A stretch of DNA of 64,000 nt from an uncultured Candidatus Rokubacteria bacterium. GTDB taxonomy: Bacteria > Methylomirabilota > Methylomirabilia > Rokubacteriales > CSP1-6. The notes beneath the pieces are model-generated. The model ran no database searches and had not been told where the DNA came from. It worked only from the letters and a program-made list of their open reading frames with translations. The stretch covers positions 864,001 through 928,000 of the forward strand of contig CAVXJS010000011.1 in the NCBI GenBank assembly GCA_963762145.1. The letters are read 5' to 3'. Each line of letters starts with the position of its first letter. Position 1 is the stretch's first letter. Below, one piece after another: positions 33,469 to 45,739 of this stretch. The translations under genes were made by a program, and so were the position numbers.

Positions 33469-36088
33469 ATGAGCGAAATCGCCGACCGCTACGATCCGAC
33501 GCGTGTCGAGCCGCACTGGTACGCCGTCTGGGAAGAGCGCGGCTACTTCCACGCCGAAGCCGACTCCCCGAAGAAGCCCTACTGCATCGTCATCCCGCCG
33601 CCCAACGTCACCGGCTCCCTCCACCTCGGGCACGCCCTCAACAACACGCTCCAGGACATCCTGATCCGCTACAAGCGGATGGACGGGCTACAACGCGCTC
33701 TGGATGCCGGGCACCGACCACGCGGGCATCGCCACCCAGTACGTGGTCGAGCGCCAGCTCGAGAAAGAGGGCAAGACCAAGGAGGACCTGGGGCGCGAGG
33801 CCTTCATCGCCCGCGTCTGGCAGTGGAAGGAGGAGTCGGGCGGCACCATCATCCGCCAGCTCAAGCGGCTCGGCGCCTCCTGCGACTGGGAGCGCGAGCG
33901 CTTCACGATGGACCAGGGACTCTCCGCGGCGGTGCGCGAGGTCTTCGTGCGCCTCTGGGAAGAGGGGCTGATCTACCAGGGCGACTACATCGTCAACTGG
34001 TGCCCGCGCTGCCAGACCGTGCTCTCGGACCTCGAGGTCGAGCGCGAGGATCAGGACGCCGAGTTCGTCTACATCAAGTACGGCCCGCTGACCCTCGGCA
34101 CCGTGCGGCCCGAGACCAAGCTGGGCGACACCGCGGTGGCGGTTCATCCGAAGGACAAGCGCTACCGGCGCTACGTGGGCAAGACGCTCGAGGTGCCCTC
34201 GGTGGAGGGGAACATCACGCTGCAGGTGGTGGCCGACGAGGCGGTGGATCCCAAGTTCGGCACCGGCGTCATCAAGGTCACCCCCGGCCACGACCCCACC
34301 GACTTCGAGATCGGACGCCGGCACAACCTGCCGGTCCGCAGCGTCATCGGCTTCGACGGCAGGATGACCGAGCTGGCCGGCAAGTACGCGGGCCTCGACC
34401 GCTTCGAGACCCGGAAGCGCATCGTGGAGGACATGCAGGCCCTCGGGCTCATCGACCGGATCGAGCCCTACCGGCACTCGGTCGGGGTGTGCTATCGCTG
34501 CAAGACGGTGGTGGAGCCGCTCGTGTCGAAGCAGTGGTACGTGCGCACCAAGCCGCTGGCCGAGCCCGCCATCAAGGCGGTGCGCAGCGGCAAGATCAAG
34601 ATCGTCCCGCGCGCGTGGAACAAGACGTACTTCCACTGGATGGAGAACATCCGCGACTGGGCGATCTCGCGCCAGCTCTGGTGGGGCCACCGCATCCCGG
34701 TGTGGTACTGCGACCAGGACGGGAGCATGCACGTGTCGCGCACCGATCTGACCGCGTGCCCGCAGTGCGGCGGGGCGCTGCGGCAGGACACCGACGTGCT
34801 CGACACCTGGTTCTCCTCCGGCCTCTGGCCGTTCTCCACCCTCGGGTGGCCCCAGGAGACGCCGGAGCTGAAGGTCTTCTATCCGACCTCGGTCCTGTCG
34901 ACCGGCTTCGACATCCTGTTCTTCTGGGTGGCGCGGATGGCGATGCTCGGCATCAAGTTCATGGGCGACGTCCCGTTCCGCCACGTCTACATCCACGCCC
35001 TCATCCGCGACGCCGAGGGCCAGAAGATGTCCAAGTCGAAGGGCAACTCGGTCGACCCCCTGAGCGTGATGGAGAGGTACGGGACCGACGCGTTCCGCTT
35101 CACGCTGGCCGCGCTCGCCGCGCAGGGGCGCGACATCCGGATCGCCGAGGAGCGGATCGAGGGCTACCGGAACTTCGCGAACAAGATCTGGAACGCGGCG
35201 CGGCTGGTGCTGACCAACCTCGACGGCTACGACCCCGCGCTCGCCCGCCGCGGCACGCCGTCGGTGGCCGACCGCTGGATCAGGAGCCGGCTCACCGAGG
35301 CGGTCGGCCAGGTGCGCAAGGCGATCGACACCTATCGCTTCAACGATGCCGCCTCCGCGGTGTACCAGTTCCTCTGGCACGAGTACTGCGACTGGTACCT
35401 CGAGATCGCCAAGCGGAGTCTCTACCAGCCCGAGAGCCCGGAGGCGAAGGCGGTCACCCAGCAAACCCTGGTGGAGACGCTCGAGACCACGCTGCGCCTC
35501 CTGCATCCGTTCATGCCGTTCATCTCCGAGGAGCTCTGGCAGCGCCTGCCCCACAAGGGGGAGTCGATAATGATCGCGCCCTTCCCCAAGGCCAGCCGCA
35601 AGGGGCGCGACCCGGAGGCGGAGCGGCTGATGGCGCCGGTGCTCGACTTCGTGAACGCGATCCGCACCGTCCGCAGCGAGAGCCGGATCTCGCCCGCGGT
35701 GGAGCTGGGCGTGACGGTCAAGCCGGCGACGCCGGCGGTCGCGGCCGCGCTCGAGAGCAGCCTCGCGGTGATCGGGAGCCTGGCCCGTGCCGCCATCACG
35801 ATCTCCCGCGACGGGGCGCGCCCGGCGGGCGCCGCGGTGGCCACGACGCCGAGCGGCGACGTGTTCGTACGGCTCGAGGGCGTGGTGGACTTCGAAGCCG
35901 AGCGCCAGCGCTTGCGAAAGGAAATCGAGCGGGCGCGCAAGGAGATCGCCTTCCTGGAGGGCAAGCTCGGCCGGCCGGAGTTCGTGGAGCGCGCGCCCGC
36001 CGAGGTGGTGGAGCGGGAGCGCGAGCGGCTCGTCGAGCAGCGCCAGATCGAGCAGAAGCTCACCACGAGCCTGACGGCCCTCGGGTAG
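33469..36088 (+). CDS. valS: Valine--tRNA ligase (frameshift near 33685)
   Basis: [45 protein letters not shown]-terminal coiled coil; TG-n-TACAAT -10 at 33449-33457. Confidence 0.97.
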
Positions 36089-36104
36089 GGCGGAGCCCGC
36101 CGCC

Positions 36105-36866
36105 GTGCAGTTCGCGGTCCACGCCCTCGACACCACCGACTCCACGCAATCCGAGGTCCAGCGCCTGGCCGCGGCCGGTGCCGCCGAAGGCACCGTGGTC
36201 ACCGCGCGGCACCAGCGGGCGGGGCGCGGCCGGCGCGGGCACGACTGGTGGGACGCGCCCGGTGAGAGCCTGCTCGTCTCGGTGCTGCTGCGCCCGCCGG
36301 GGCCGGTGACGACCGCGCCCCAGCTCTCGCTGGTCGGCGGGCTCGCGGTGGCCGACGCGCTCGCCGCGGCGGCCGGGGTACCCGCGCGGATCCGGTGGCC
36401 CAACGATCTGCTGGTGGAGGGCCGGAAGGTGTGCGGCATCCTCGCCGAGGCCGCGTCCGGCGGAGCGGCCGCCGGCGGAGGCCGGCTCCATCACGTGATC
36501 CTGGGCATCGGCGTCAACCTCGCCCAGACCGCGTTTCCCGCGGCCCTCGCGGATCGGGCGACCTCGCTGCGCCTCGTCACCGGCCGCGCCGTCGACGGCG
36601 ACGCGATCCTGGCCGCGGTCCTCGAGCAGCTCGCCCGGCGCTACGAGGCGTGGCGGCTCGGCGGGTTCGCCGCGCTCCGGGCCGCGTGGCTCGAGCGGTC
36701 CACGCTGCCCGGCCAGGTCGTGCGGCTGCCCGACGGCTCCGACGGGGTGGGGGTGGACGTCGGGGACGACGGGGTCCTGGTGGCGCGCGCGGCGGACGGG
36801 CGGCGGGTCCACATCGTATCGGGGGGAGCGGTCGAGGAGGGGGTGGCGCATGCTGCTCGTGATTGA
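36105..36866 (+). CDS. birA: Biotin--acetyl-CoA-carboxylase ligase (no HTH)
   Basis: [33 protein letters not shown]. Confidence 0.93.
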   Translation: MQFAVHALDTTDSTQSEVQRLAAAGAAEGTVVTARHQRAGRGRRGHDWWDAPGESLLVSVLLRPPGPVTTAPQLSLVGGLAVADALAAAAGVPARIRWPNDLLVEGRKVCGILAEAASGGAAAGGGRLHHVILGIGVNLAQTAFPAALADRATSLRLVTGRAVDGDAILAAVLEQLARRYEAWRLGGFAALRAAWLERSTLPGQVVRLPDGSDGVGVDVGDDGVLVARAADGRRVHIVSGGAVEEGVAHAARD

Positions 36867-37629
36867 CGTCGGCAACACCAACACCTCGATGGGCATCTAC
36901 GAGCACGCGCGCCTGCGCGCGTCGTGGCGCCTCACCACGCGGCGCGAGCAGACCGCGGACGAGTGGGGCGTCTTCATCCAGACGCTCCTCGGCACGCGGG
37001 GCATCGCGCAGCAGGACATCACCGGCGTGGCCATCTCCAACGTGGTGCCGCCCATCCAGCAGGCGCTGGAGTGGATGTGCGAGCGGTACTTCGGCGTGAA
37101 CCCGCTCACGGTGGAGCCGGGGGTCACCGCCGACCTGCCCTTGAACGTGGACACTCCCCGCGAGGTAGGTGCCGATAGAGTCGTCAGCTGCGTGGCGGCC
37201 ATCGCGCTATACGGCGCGCCGCTGATCGTGGTGGACTTCGGCACCGCCACCCGGTTCGATTGCGTCAACAGCCGCGGCGAGTTCATCGGCGGCGCGATCG
37301 CGCCCGGCATCAACACCGCCGCCGAGGCCCTCGTCTCGCGGGCGGCCCGGCTGTTCCGCGTCGAGCTGGTGCGCCCCAAGGACGCCATCGGCCGCAACAC
37401 GATCACCAACATCCAGTCCGGCATGATCTACGGCTGGGCCGGGCTGGTGGACGGCATCGTGGAGCGCATGCGCCGGGAGATGGAGGGCGACGTGAAGGTG
37501 GTTGGGACCGGAGGGCTGGTGGGGCAGATGCGGGAAGTCGTCCAGTGCCTGCAGTTCGTCAATCCGGAATTGAAGCTCGAAGGCCTCCGGATGCTCTGGG
37601 AGCGAGCCAATCCGGCGGGCCCCCGTTGA
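36850..37629 (+). CDS. coaX: Type III pantothenate kinase
   Basis: IDVGNTN, EVGADR, VDFGTAT, GGAIAPG. Confidence 0.95.
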   Translation: MLLVIDVGNTNTSMGIYEHARLRASWRLTTRREQTADEWGVFIQTLLGTRGIAQQDITGVAISNVVPPIQQALEWMCERYFGVNPLTVEPGVTADLPLNVDTPREVGADRVVSCVAAIALYGAPLIVVDFGTATRFDCVNSRGEFIGGAIAPGINTAAEALVSRAARLFRVELVRPKDAIGRNTITNIQSGMIYGWAGLVDGIVERMRREMEGDVKVVGTGGLVGQMREVVQCLQFVNPELKLEGLRMLWERANPAGPR

Positions 37630-37655
37630 CACCCGGGGCGAGCCGCCCGTATACT
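37626..37655 (+). promoter_or_regulatory. Near-consensus sigma70 promoter for guaB3-guaA
   Basis: TTGACA-18nt-TATACT. Confidence 0.7.
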
Positions 37656-37763
37656 TGCCCCCTAAATACAGTGGGTCGAGGCGGGCGGTTCTCTACATAC
37701 AGGGTTCAGGCGGCCGGCAGCCGGCCCCGGGCCCAGGCCGAGTGAGGCCAGGAGGCGGGGCGT

Positions 37764-38924
37764 ATGGGGATGTGGGTCGGGCGGGGACGGAAGGCGCGGG
37801 CGGCGTACGGTTTCGATGACATCGCGCTGGTTCCCGGCGCCCTGACCATCAACCCCAGCGAGGTGGACATCTCCTGGGATCTCTGCGGCCACCGCTTCCC
37901 CATTCCCATCATCGCGGCGGCCATGGACGGGGTCGTGAGCCCCTCCTTCGCGATCGAGATGGGCCGGGTCGGGGGCCTCGCGGTCCTCAACCTCGAGGGC
38001 ATCTTCTCCCGCTACGAGAACCCCGACGCCGTCCTGGACCGCATCACCTCCGCCAGCCTGGAAGAGGCCACCAAGATCATCCAGGGGATCTACAGCGAGC
38101 CGATCAAGGAAGAGCTGATCCACAAGCGCATCAGCGAGATCAAGAAGGGCGGCGGCCCGGTCCTGGTCTCCTCGATCCCGCAGCGCGCGGAGCGCTTCGC
38201 CAAGATCGCGGAGGAGGCGGGCGCCGACTTCTTCGTCGTGCAGTCCACCGTGACCACCGCGCGGCACGTGGCGAGCGAGTACACCCCGGTGGACATCCGC
38301 CAGCTCAAGAAGCACCTCTCGATCCCGCTCATCATCGGCAACGTCGTCACCTACGAGGCCTGTCTCGAGCTGATGGACTGCGGCGTGGACGCGCTGCTGA
38401 TCGGCGTGGGTCCGGGGGCGGCGTGCACGAGCCGCGAGGTGCTGGGCCTGGGCGTGCCCCAGGTGACCGCCACCGCGGACTCGGCGGCCGCGCGCGACTT
38501 CTACTACAAGCGGACCGGTCGCTACGTGCCGATCATCACCGACGGCGGCATGACCACCGGCGGCGACATCTGCAAAGCCTTCGCCTCCGGCGCGGACGCG
38601 GTCATGATCGGCTCCGCCTTCGCGCGCGCGAAGGAAGCGCCGGGCCGCGGCTACCACTGGGGCATGGCCACGCCGCACTCCAACCTGCCGCGCGGCACGC
38701 GCATCCGGGTGGGCATCGCGGGGCCGCTCGAGCAGATCCTCTTCGGGCCCGCGTTCACCGAAGACGGCACCCTCAACCTCGTGGGCGCGATCCGGACCTG
38801 CATGGGGTCGGTGGGCGCCATGAACATCCGCGAGCTGCAGCAGACCGAGCTGATCATCGCGCCCTCGATCAAGACCGAGGGCAAGGTCTTCCAGCGCGCC
38901 CAGAAGCTGGGGACACCCCGGTAG
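37764..38924 (+). CDS. guaB: GuaB3-family IMP dehydrogenase (no CBS domain)
   Basis: RAAYGFDDIALVP, GVGPGAACTSR catalytic Cys loop, WGMATPHSNLPRGTR. Confidence 0.9.
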   Translation: MGMWVGRGRKARAAYGFDDIALVPGALTINPSEVDISWDLCGHRFPIPIIAAAMDGVVSPSFAIEMGRVGGLAVLNLEGIFSRYENPDAVLDRITSASLEEATKIIQGIYSEPIKEELIHKRISEIKKGGGPVLVSSIPQRAERFAKIAEEAGADFFVVQSTVTTARHVASEYTPVDIRQLKKHLSIPLIIGNVVTYEACLELMDCGVDALLIGVGPGAACTSREVLGLGVPQVTATADSAAARDFYYKRTGRYVPIITDGGMTTGGDICKAFASGADAVMIGSAFARAKEAPGRGYHWGMATPHSNLPRGTRIRVGIAGPLEQILFGPAFTEDGTLNLVGAIRTCMGSVGAMNIRELQQTELIIAPSIKTEGKVFQRAQKLGTPR

Positions 38925-38931
38925 CCTCGCG

Positions 38932-40495
38932 GTGGCGACCCGGGCTGCCGCGCCCAGCAAGATCGCGATCCTCGATTTCGGCGGCCAGTACACCCAGCTG
39001 ATCGCCCGACGCATCCGCGAGCTGGGCGTCTACTCCGAGATCCTGCCGTGCACGGATCCGGTGGACCGCGTGCTGGCGGGCGGCTACACCGGCCTCGTCC
39101 TCTCGGGCGGGCCGTCCAGCGTCTACGAGGACGAGGCGCCGCTGCCCGACAAGCGCCTGCTCGAGTCCGGCCTCCCGCTGCTCGGCATCTGCTACGGCAT
39201 GCAGGCGATGGGCTTCCTCATGGGCGGCCACGTCGTCCCGGCCGAGCGGCGCGAGTACGGCAAGGCGCAGCTCCGGATCCTGAGCCGCGAAGGCCTGCTG
39301 CGCGGCGTGGAGCCCGAGGCCGATGGGCTCGTGACCGTGTGGATGAGCCACGGGGACACCGTGCTCAAACCGCCGCCGGGCTTCACGAGCCTGGCCACCA
39401 CCGACAACTGCCCGGTCGCGGCCATGGCCGACCCGGTGCGGAAGCTCTTCGCGGTCCAGTTCCATCCCGAGGTGGCGCACACGCCCCAGGGGAAGACCGT
39501 CCTGAAGAACTTCCTCGACGCCGCGGGCGTCGCGGCCGACTGGTCGATGCCCTCCTTCGTGGACTCCGCGGTCGAGAACATCCGCCGGCAGGTGGGCCGG
39601 GACCCGGTGCTCTGCGCGCTCTCGGGCGGGGTGGATTCCTCCGTGGTGGCCGCGCTGATCCACCGAGCGGTGGGCGATCAGCTCACGTGCCTCTTCGTGG
39701 ACAACGGCCTGCTCCGCAAGGGCGAGGTCGAGGGCGTGGTGCGGACCTTCCGGGATGCCTTCAAGGTTAACCTGATCCATGTGGATGCAACCAAGCGATT
39801 CCTCGATCGTCTGGAAGGCGTGACGGATCCCGAGGTCAAACGCAAGGCCATCGGCGCCGAGTTCATCGCGGTCTTCGAGGACGAGGCCCGCAAGCTCGGG
39901 CACATCCCGTGGCTCGCCCAGGGCACGCTCTATCCCGACGTGATCGAGTCGGTCTCGTTCAAGGGCCCGTCGGCGACCATCAAGACGCACCATAACGTGG
40001 GCGGCCTGCCGCCCGAACATGCGGTTCAAGCTGGTGGAGCCCTTGCGGGAGCTCTTCAAGGACGAGGTGCGCGACCTGGGCGCCCTGCTGGGCCTGCCCC
40101 GCGACATCATCTGGCGCCAGCCCTTCCCGGGGCCCGGGCTCGCCATCCGCGTGCTGGGCGAGGTGACGGAGGAGCGCCTGGCGGTCCTGCGCGAGGCGGA
40201 CGCCATCGTCCAGGAGGAGGTGCGCCAGGCCGGCCTCGAGCGCGAGCTCTGGCAGGCCTTCGCGGTGCTGCTGCCGGTGCGCACCGTCGGGGTGCAGGGG
40301 GACTTCCGCACCTACGCGCAGGTGATCGCGCTCCGCGCGGTGATGAGCCAGGACGCCATGACCGCCGACTGGGCGCGGCTGCCCTACGACCTGCTCGGGA
40401 AGATCTCGAGCCGCATCATCAACGAGGTCAAGGGCGTGAACCGCGTCGTCTACGACATCTCTTCCAAGCCCCCCAGCACCATCGAGTGGGAGTAG
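38932..40495 (+). CDS. guaA: GMP synthase (frameshift near 40015)
   Basis: [51 protein letters not shown]. Confidence 0.97.
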
Positions 40496-40574
40496 TTCGG
40501 ATGAGCGCTCGCGCGAAGCAGCCCAACCGCCAAACCGAAGTCCTCCACATCCAAGCTAGCTGAAAGAGCCCGTC

Positions 40575-43500
40575 CTGAAACACGCCGACTTCGTCCATCT
40601 GCACGTCCACTCCGAGTACAGCCTGCTGGACGGCGCGGCCCGGCTGGAGAAGCTGGTCGAAGCGCGCCAAGGCGCTGAAGTTCCCGGCCCTGGCCCTCAC
40701 CGACCACGGCAACCTCTTCGGGGCGGTGGACTTCTACACCGCCTGCGAGAAGGCGGGCGTGAAGCCGATCCTGGGCTGCGAGCTCTACGTGGCCCCGGGC
40801 AGCCGCTTCGAGCGCTCGAGCCAGGACGGCGGCTACGAAGGCGCGAGCCACTGCACGGTGCTCGGCGCGCACCCGCGCCGGCTACGCCAACCTCATGAAG
40901 CTCGTCTCCAAGGCCTACCTCGAGGGCTACTACTACAAGCCACGGGTGGACCGCGAGCTGCTGGCCCAGCACGCGGACGGGCTCCTCGTGCTCTCGGGCT
41001 GCCTCAACTCCGAGGTGAGCCGGCAGCTCACGGCGGGGACGAGGCCAAGGCGCTGCAGACCGCGGGCTGGTACCAGGAGGTGTTCGGCAAGGACTACTAC
41101 TTCATGGAGGTGCAGGTCGCACGGCCTCGAGCAGCAGGTGGCGGTGACCGAGGGCACCGTCAAGATCGCCCGCGCCATCGGCGCGCCCCTGTGCGGCACG
41201 AACGACTCGCACTACCTCGAGGCCGAGCACTCGCGCGCCCACGAGGCGCTCCTCTGCATCCAGACCGGCACCACCATGAGCGATCCCAACCGGTGGAAGT
41301 TCTCGAGCAACGAGTTCTACGTGAAGTCGGCCGACGAGATGAAGGCCGGTCTTCAAGGACCTGCCCGAGGCCTACCGCAACACGCTGGCGGTGGCCGAGC
41401 GGTGCAACCTCGATCTGCAGTTCGGCCAGTTCCACCTGCCCAAGTACCAGGTGCCGGACGGCTTCACGCTCGACTCGTATCTGGAGGAGCTCGCCTTCGA
41501 GGGCCTCAAGTCGCGCTACGGCGGATCACCGGCCGACGCGGTGGTGGAGCGCCTCCGCTACGAGCTGGGCGTGGTCTCCAAGATGGGCTTCTCCGGCTAC
41601 TTCCTGGTGGTCTGGGACTTCATCAGCTACGCGCGCCGCCAGGGGATCGCGGTGGGGCCGGGGCGCGGCTCCTCCGCGGGCTCGCTGGTCGCCTACTGCC
41701 TCGGCATCACCAACGTCGACCCGATCCGCTACGGGCTGATCTTCGAGCGATTCTTGAACCCCGAGCGGATCTCGATGCCGGACATGGACATCGACTTCGC
41801 GGACGACCGGCGCGACGAGGTCATCCGCTACGTGGTGGACCGCTACGGGGCCGACCGGGTCGCTCACATCATCACGTTCGGGACCATGGGGGCCAAGGCG
41901 GTGATCCGCGACGTGGCCCGCGTGCTCGGCTTCTCCTACGGCGAGGCGGACCGCATCGCCAAGCTGGTGCCCGGCTTCCCGCTCAACATCTCGCTGGACG
42001 AGGCGCTCGAGAAGGCCCCGCCGCTCGCCGAGCAGGTCAAGCGCGACCAGCGGGTGGGGGAGATGTGGGCGGTGGCCCGCGCGCTCGAGGGCTGCACCCG
42101 GCACGCCTCGGTGCACGCCTCCGCGGTGGTCATCTCCGACGAGCCCCTGATGGAGCGCGTGCCGCTCTACAAGGATCCCAAGCGGCCCGGAGCTCATCAC
42201 CGGTTACGCGATGGGGCCGATCGAGAAGCTCGGCCTGCTCAAGATGGACTTCCTCGGGCTCAAGACCCTCACCGTGATCTCCGACGCCCTGCGGCTGCTC
42301 AAGGAGTCGCGCGGGATCGAGCTCGACGGCGACGGCCTGCCGCTCGACGACGCCCGGACCTACCAGCTCCTGTCCGAGGCGCGCACCTTCGGGGTGTTCC
42401 AGCTGGAGTCGGCCGGCATGCGGGACGCGCTCAAGCGCCTCAAGCCCCAGCGCATCGAGGACATCATCGCGATGGTGGCCCTCTACCGCCCGGGCCCGAT
42501 GGACCTGATCGAGGACTTCGTCAACCGCAAGCACGGCCGCGCCGAGATCTCCTACGAGCACCCGCTGATGGAGCAGGTGCTCCAGGAGACCTACGGGATC
42601 ATGGTCTACCAGGAGCAGGTCATGCGGCTCGCCGCGGACCTGGCCGGCTTCTCGCTCGGCGAGGCCGACACGCTCCGCAAGGCGATGGGGAAGAAGGACC
42701 GCGACCTCATGGCCACCCAGCGCGAGAAGTTCGTCTCGGGCTGCAAGGCCAACAAGATCGACGCCAAGAAGGCGGAGCGCATCTGGGACCTCATCGAGAA
42801 GTTCGCCGGCTACGGCTTCAACAAGTGCCTGACCGCGCGACGCCCAGCATCGAGATGGCCGACGGCAAGCAGAAGCCGATCACCGAGGTGCGGGCCGGCG
42901 ATTTGGTGCTCACCAAGGACGGCCCGTACCGCGCGCGCGCGGTGCGGCCGAGCGGGGTGCGCCCGGTCGGCCGGCTCCTCCTCGCCAACGGCATGTCCGT
43001 GCGCTGCACGCCGGACCACCCGATCTTCACCCAGCGCGGCTGGGTGAACGCGGAGGAGCTTAGGCGGGACGATTTCGTCGCGGTCCTTCGCCGGCTCGCT
43101 CCGCGGGAGAGCGATGACGTGTTGCCGTCCGGACGTCTACGTGGAGTCCTGCGCGCGAGGCGATCCTGAAGGCACTACTCCAGGCTCGCGGCAGGTTGCC
43201 GCGCTGGGATCTGCGGATCTCCGTTCTGGAGGCGCGGCATGCGGCGGGAACGCCTGGCAGTGCTGGCCGATCGGCTCGATTCGCCGGCGCTCTACGCGCT
43301 GGTCGCGAGTCGGTCCGGTCGGATGGTCACGGCCACGGCGGCTTCGTCCTCGAGGGCGACGAGGCGACGTACGACTTCGAGGTGCCCGGGGCGGCGAGCT
43401 TCATCGCCAACGGCATCGCGGTCCACAACTCCCACGCCGCGTGCTACGGGGTCGTCGCGTACCAGACCGCGTATCTCAAGGCGAACTACCCGACCGAGTT

Positions 43501-44711
43501 CATGGCCGCCCTGCTGACCTCGGAAATGGAGAGGACGGACAAGATCGTCCTCTACATGGAGGAGATGCCGGGCCATGGGCCTGCGGTCGTGCCGCCCGAC
43601 GTCAACGTCTCCCGCTCCGAATTCACGGTGGCGGGGGAGGCGATTCACTTCGGCCTCGCCGCGATCAAGAACGTCGGGCGCCACCGCGATCGAGTCGATC
43701 GTGCGGACCGCGAGGCGGACGGCCGCTTCGGCGCCTCGACGACTTCTGCGCGCGCGTCGATCTCCGGCTGGTGAACCGGAGCGTGGTCGAGTGCCTGATC
43801 AAGGCGGGCGCGTTCGACTCGCTGCAGAGCACGCGCGCCGGCCTGCTCGCCGCGCTGGACCAGGCGATGGACAGCGGCCAGCGCCAGCAGCGCGAGCGCG
43901 AGGAGGGGCAGGGCTCGCTCTTCGACGCGCTGGGCGGCGCCGTCGACGCCAAGCCGGGGCCGCGAGCCCCGCTGCGGCGGCGGCCCGTCCCGGAGTGGCC
44001 GCAGGAGGAGATGCTGGCCTACGAGCGGGAGGTGCTGGGCTTCTACCTCTCCGGGCCATCCGCTGGAGCGCACCGGGAGATGGCCCGCCGGATCGGCGCG
44101 CTGAGCGCGCGCCGAGCTGGCCGCGCGCTCGACCGGCGCGCGCGTGCTCCTGCTCGGGCAGGTGAGCGCGTTCAGCGAGAGCACGACCAAGAGCGGCAAC
44201 CGCATGGCGTTCGCCACGCTCGAGCTGGTGGACGGCAGCATTCCCCTGACGATCTTCCCCGAGCCCTACCGGAGCTGCGCGGGGGCGCTCCGGCACAAGG
44301 GGCCCGTGATCGTGCGCGGCCGCGCGGACGACAGCGACAAGGGCCGCGTCGTGCTCGCGGAGGAGATCAGAGCCCCTGGAGGACGCGATGGGCAACGCTG
44401 GCCCCGGCCGGCAACGGCCATGGCAACGGGCAACGGTGCCGGGAACGGCGGCGCCTCCGCGCACGCCTGCCGCATCCGGGTGAGCGCCGGCGGCCGAGTC
44501 CCTGAGCGAGCTGCTCGCCTCGGTGAAGGCGGCCTGCCGCGAGCACCAGGGCCGCACGCCGCTGTTCCTCCACGTGCTGCTGCCGGAGCAGGAGGTCGTG
44601 CTGCGGATCAAGGAGAGCTCGCGGTGGATCCGGCGCCCGACCTGGTGGCGAAAGTGGAAGGGCTGCTCGGAGCGGGCAGTATGACTCGTGGAGTATGCCG
44701 GACGAGCTTGA
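40575..44711 (+). CDS. dnaE: DNA polymerase III alpha subunit, intein-containing (several frameshifts; start probably CTG)
   Basis: [51 protein letters not shown] / [15 protein letters not shown]-terminal OB fold. Confidence 0.95.
42826..43429 (+). mobile_element. Mini-intein in DnaE (no homing endonuclease)
   Basis: Interrupts GFNK/SHA; begins CLT, block [12 protein letters not shown], ends [22 protein letters not shown]; about 200 aa across frameshifts. Confidence 0.92.
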
Positions 44712-45648
44712 GTTCGAGAAGCCGATCCTCGAGCTCGAGAACCGCATCGCGGAGCTGCGCGCCTCGGAAGAGCCGCTCGAGGCGCGCGACGAGATCGCGA
44801 AGCTGGAGGAACGGCTGGCCCGCCAGCAGCAGCGCGTCTACTCGGGCTGACCGCCTGGCAGCGCGCCCAGATCGCCCGCCACCCCAAGCGCCCGCACACG
44901 CTCGATCTCATCAACCTGCTGCTCGAGGACTGGGTCGAGCTGCACGGCGACCGCGTCTTCGGCGACGACGAGGCCATCGTGGGCGGTCTGGCCGACCTTC
45001 GACGGCGAGCCGGTGGTGGTGATCGGCCACCAGAAGGGCCGCGACACGCGCGAGAACATCGCGCGCAACTTCGGGATGCCGCACCCGGAGGGCTACCGCA
45101 AGGCGCTCCGGCTGATGCAATTCGCGGCCAAGTTCGGCAAGCCCATCATCACGTTCATCGACACGCCCGGCGCGTACCCCGGGCTCGGCGCCGAGGAGCG
45201 CGGGCAGGCCGAGGCGATCGCGCGCAACCTGCGGGAGATGGCGGGCCTGCCGACCCCGATGGTCTGCGTGGTGACCGGGGAGGGGGGCAGCGGCGGCGCG
45301 CTCGCGATCGGGGTCGGCAACCGCGTGCTGATGCTCGAGTACGCGATCTACTCGGTGATCTCGCCCGAGGGCTGCGCGGCCATCCTGTGGGGCGACGCGG
45401 CCAAGGCCCCCGAGGCGGCCGAGCTCATGCGGGTGACCGCGCCCGATCTCCTCAAGCTGGGTGTCATCGACGCCATCGTCCCGGAGCCCGTCGGCGGCGC
45501 GCACCGGAACTGGGAGGCCACCGCGGCCAGCCTGCGGGCCGCCCTGCGCGATCAGCTCTGGCAGCTCAAGTCCAAGTCGGAGGCCGAGCTGATCGAGGAG
45601 CGTCAGGAGAAGTTCCGCCGGATCGGCGTCTTCGAGGAGACCGTCTGA
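44695..45648 (+). CDS. accA: Acetyl-CoA carboxylase carboxyltransferase alpha (frameshifts near 44850 and 44993)
   Basis: [53 protein letters not shown]. Confidence 0.95.
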
Positions 45649-45663
45649 CCCGTCGCCCGGAGT

Positions 45664-45692
45664 TTGACATGCCGGGGGGTGGGTGTTACCGT
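45664..45692 (+). promoter_or_regulatory. sigma70 promoter for the miaB operon
   Basis: TTGACA-17nt-TACCGT. Confidence 0.65.
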
Positions 45693-45739
45693 AAGTCCCG
45701 AACAATCATGCGGAATTTTCCTCCGCCCTCCTCGCGCTG

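Noticed and set aside
43160-43200. Stop at 43167-43169 suggesting a naturally split DnaE intein
   Set aside because: Adjacent frames reconstruct a continuous intein linker ([20 protein letters not shown]) in an indel-rich stretch with no RBS for a C-fragment; a contiguous mini-intein is more likely, and reads would settle it
44390-44455. GGCAACGG repeats in dnaE
   Set aside because: They encode a low-complexity Gly-Asn linker, not an array or mobile repeat
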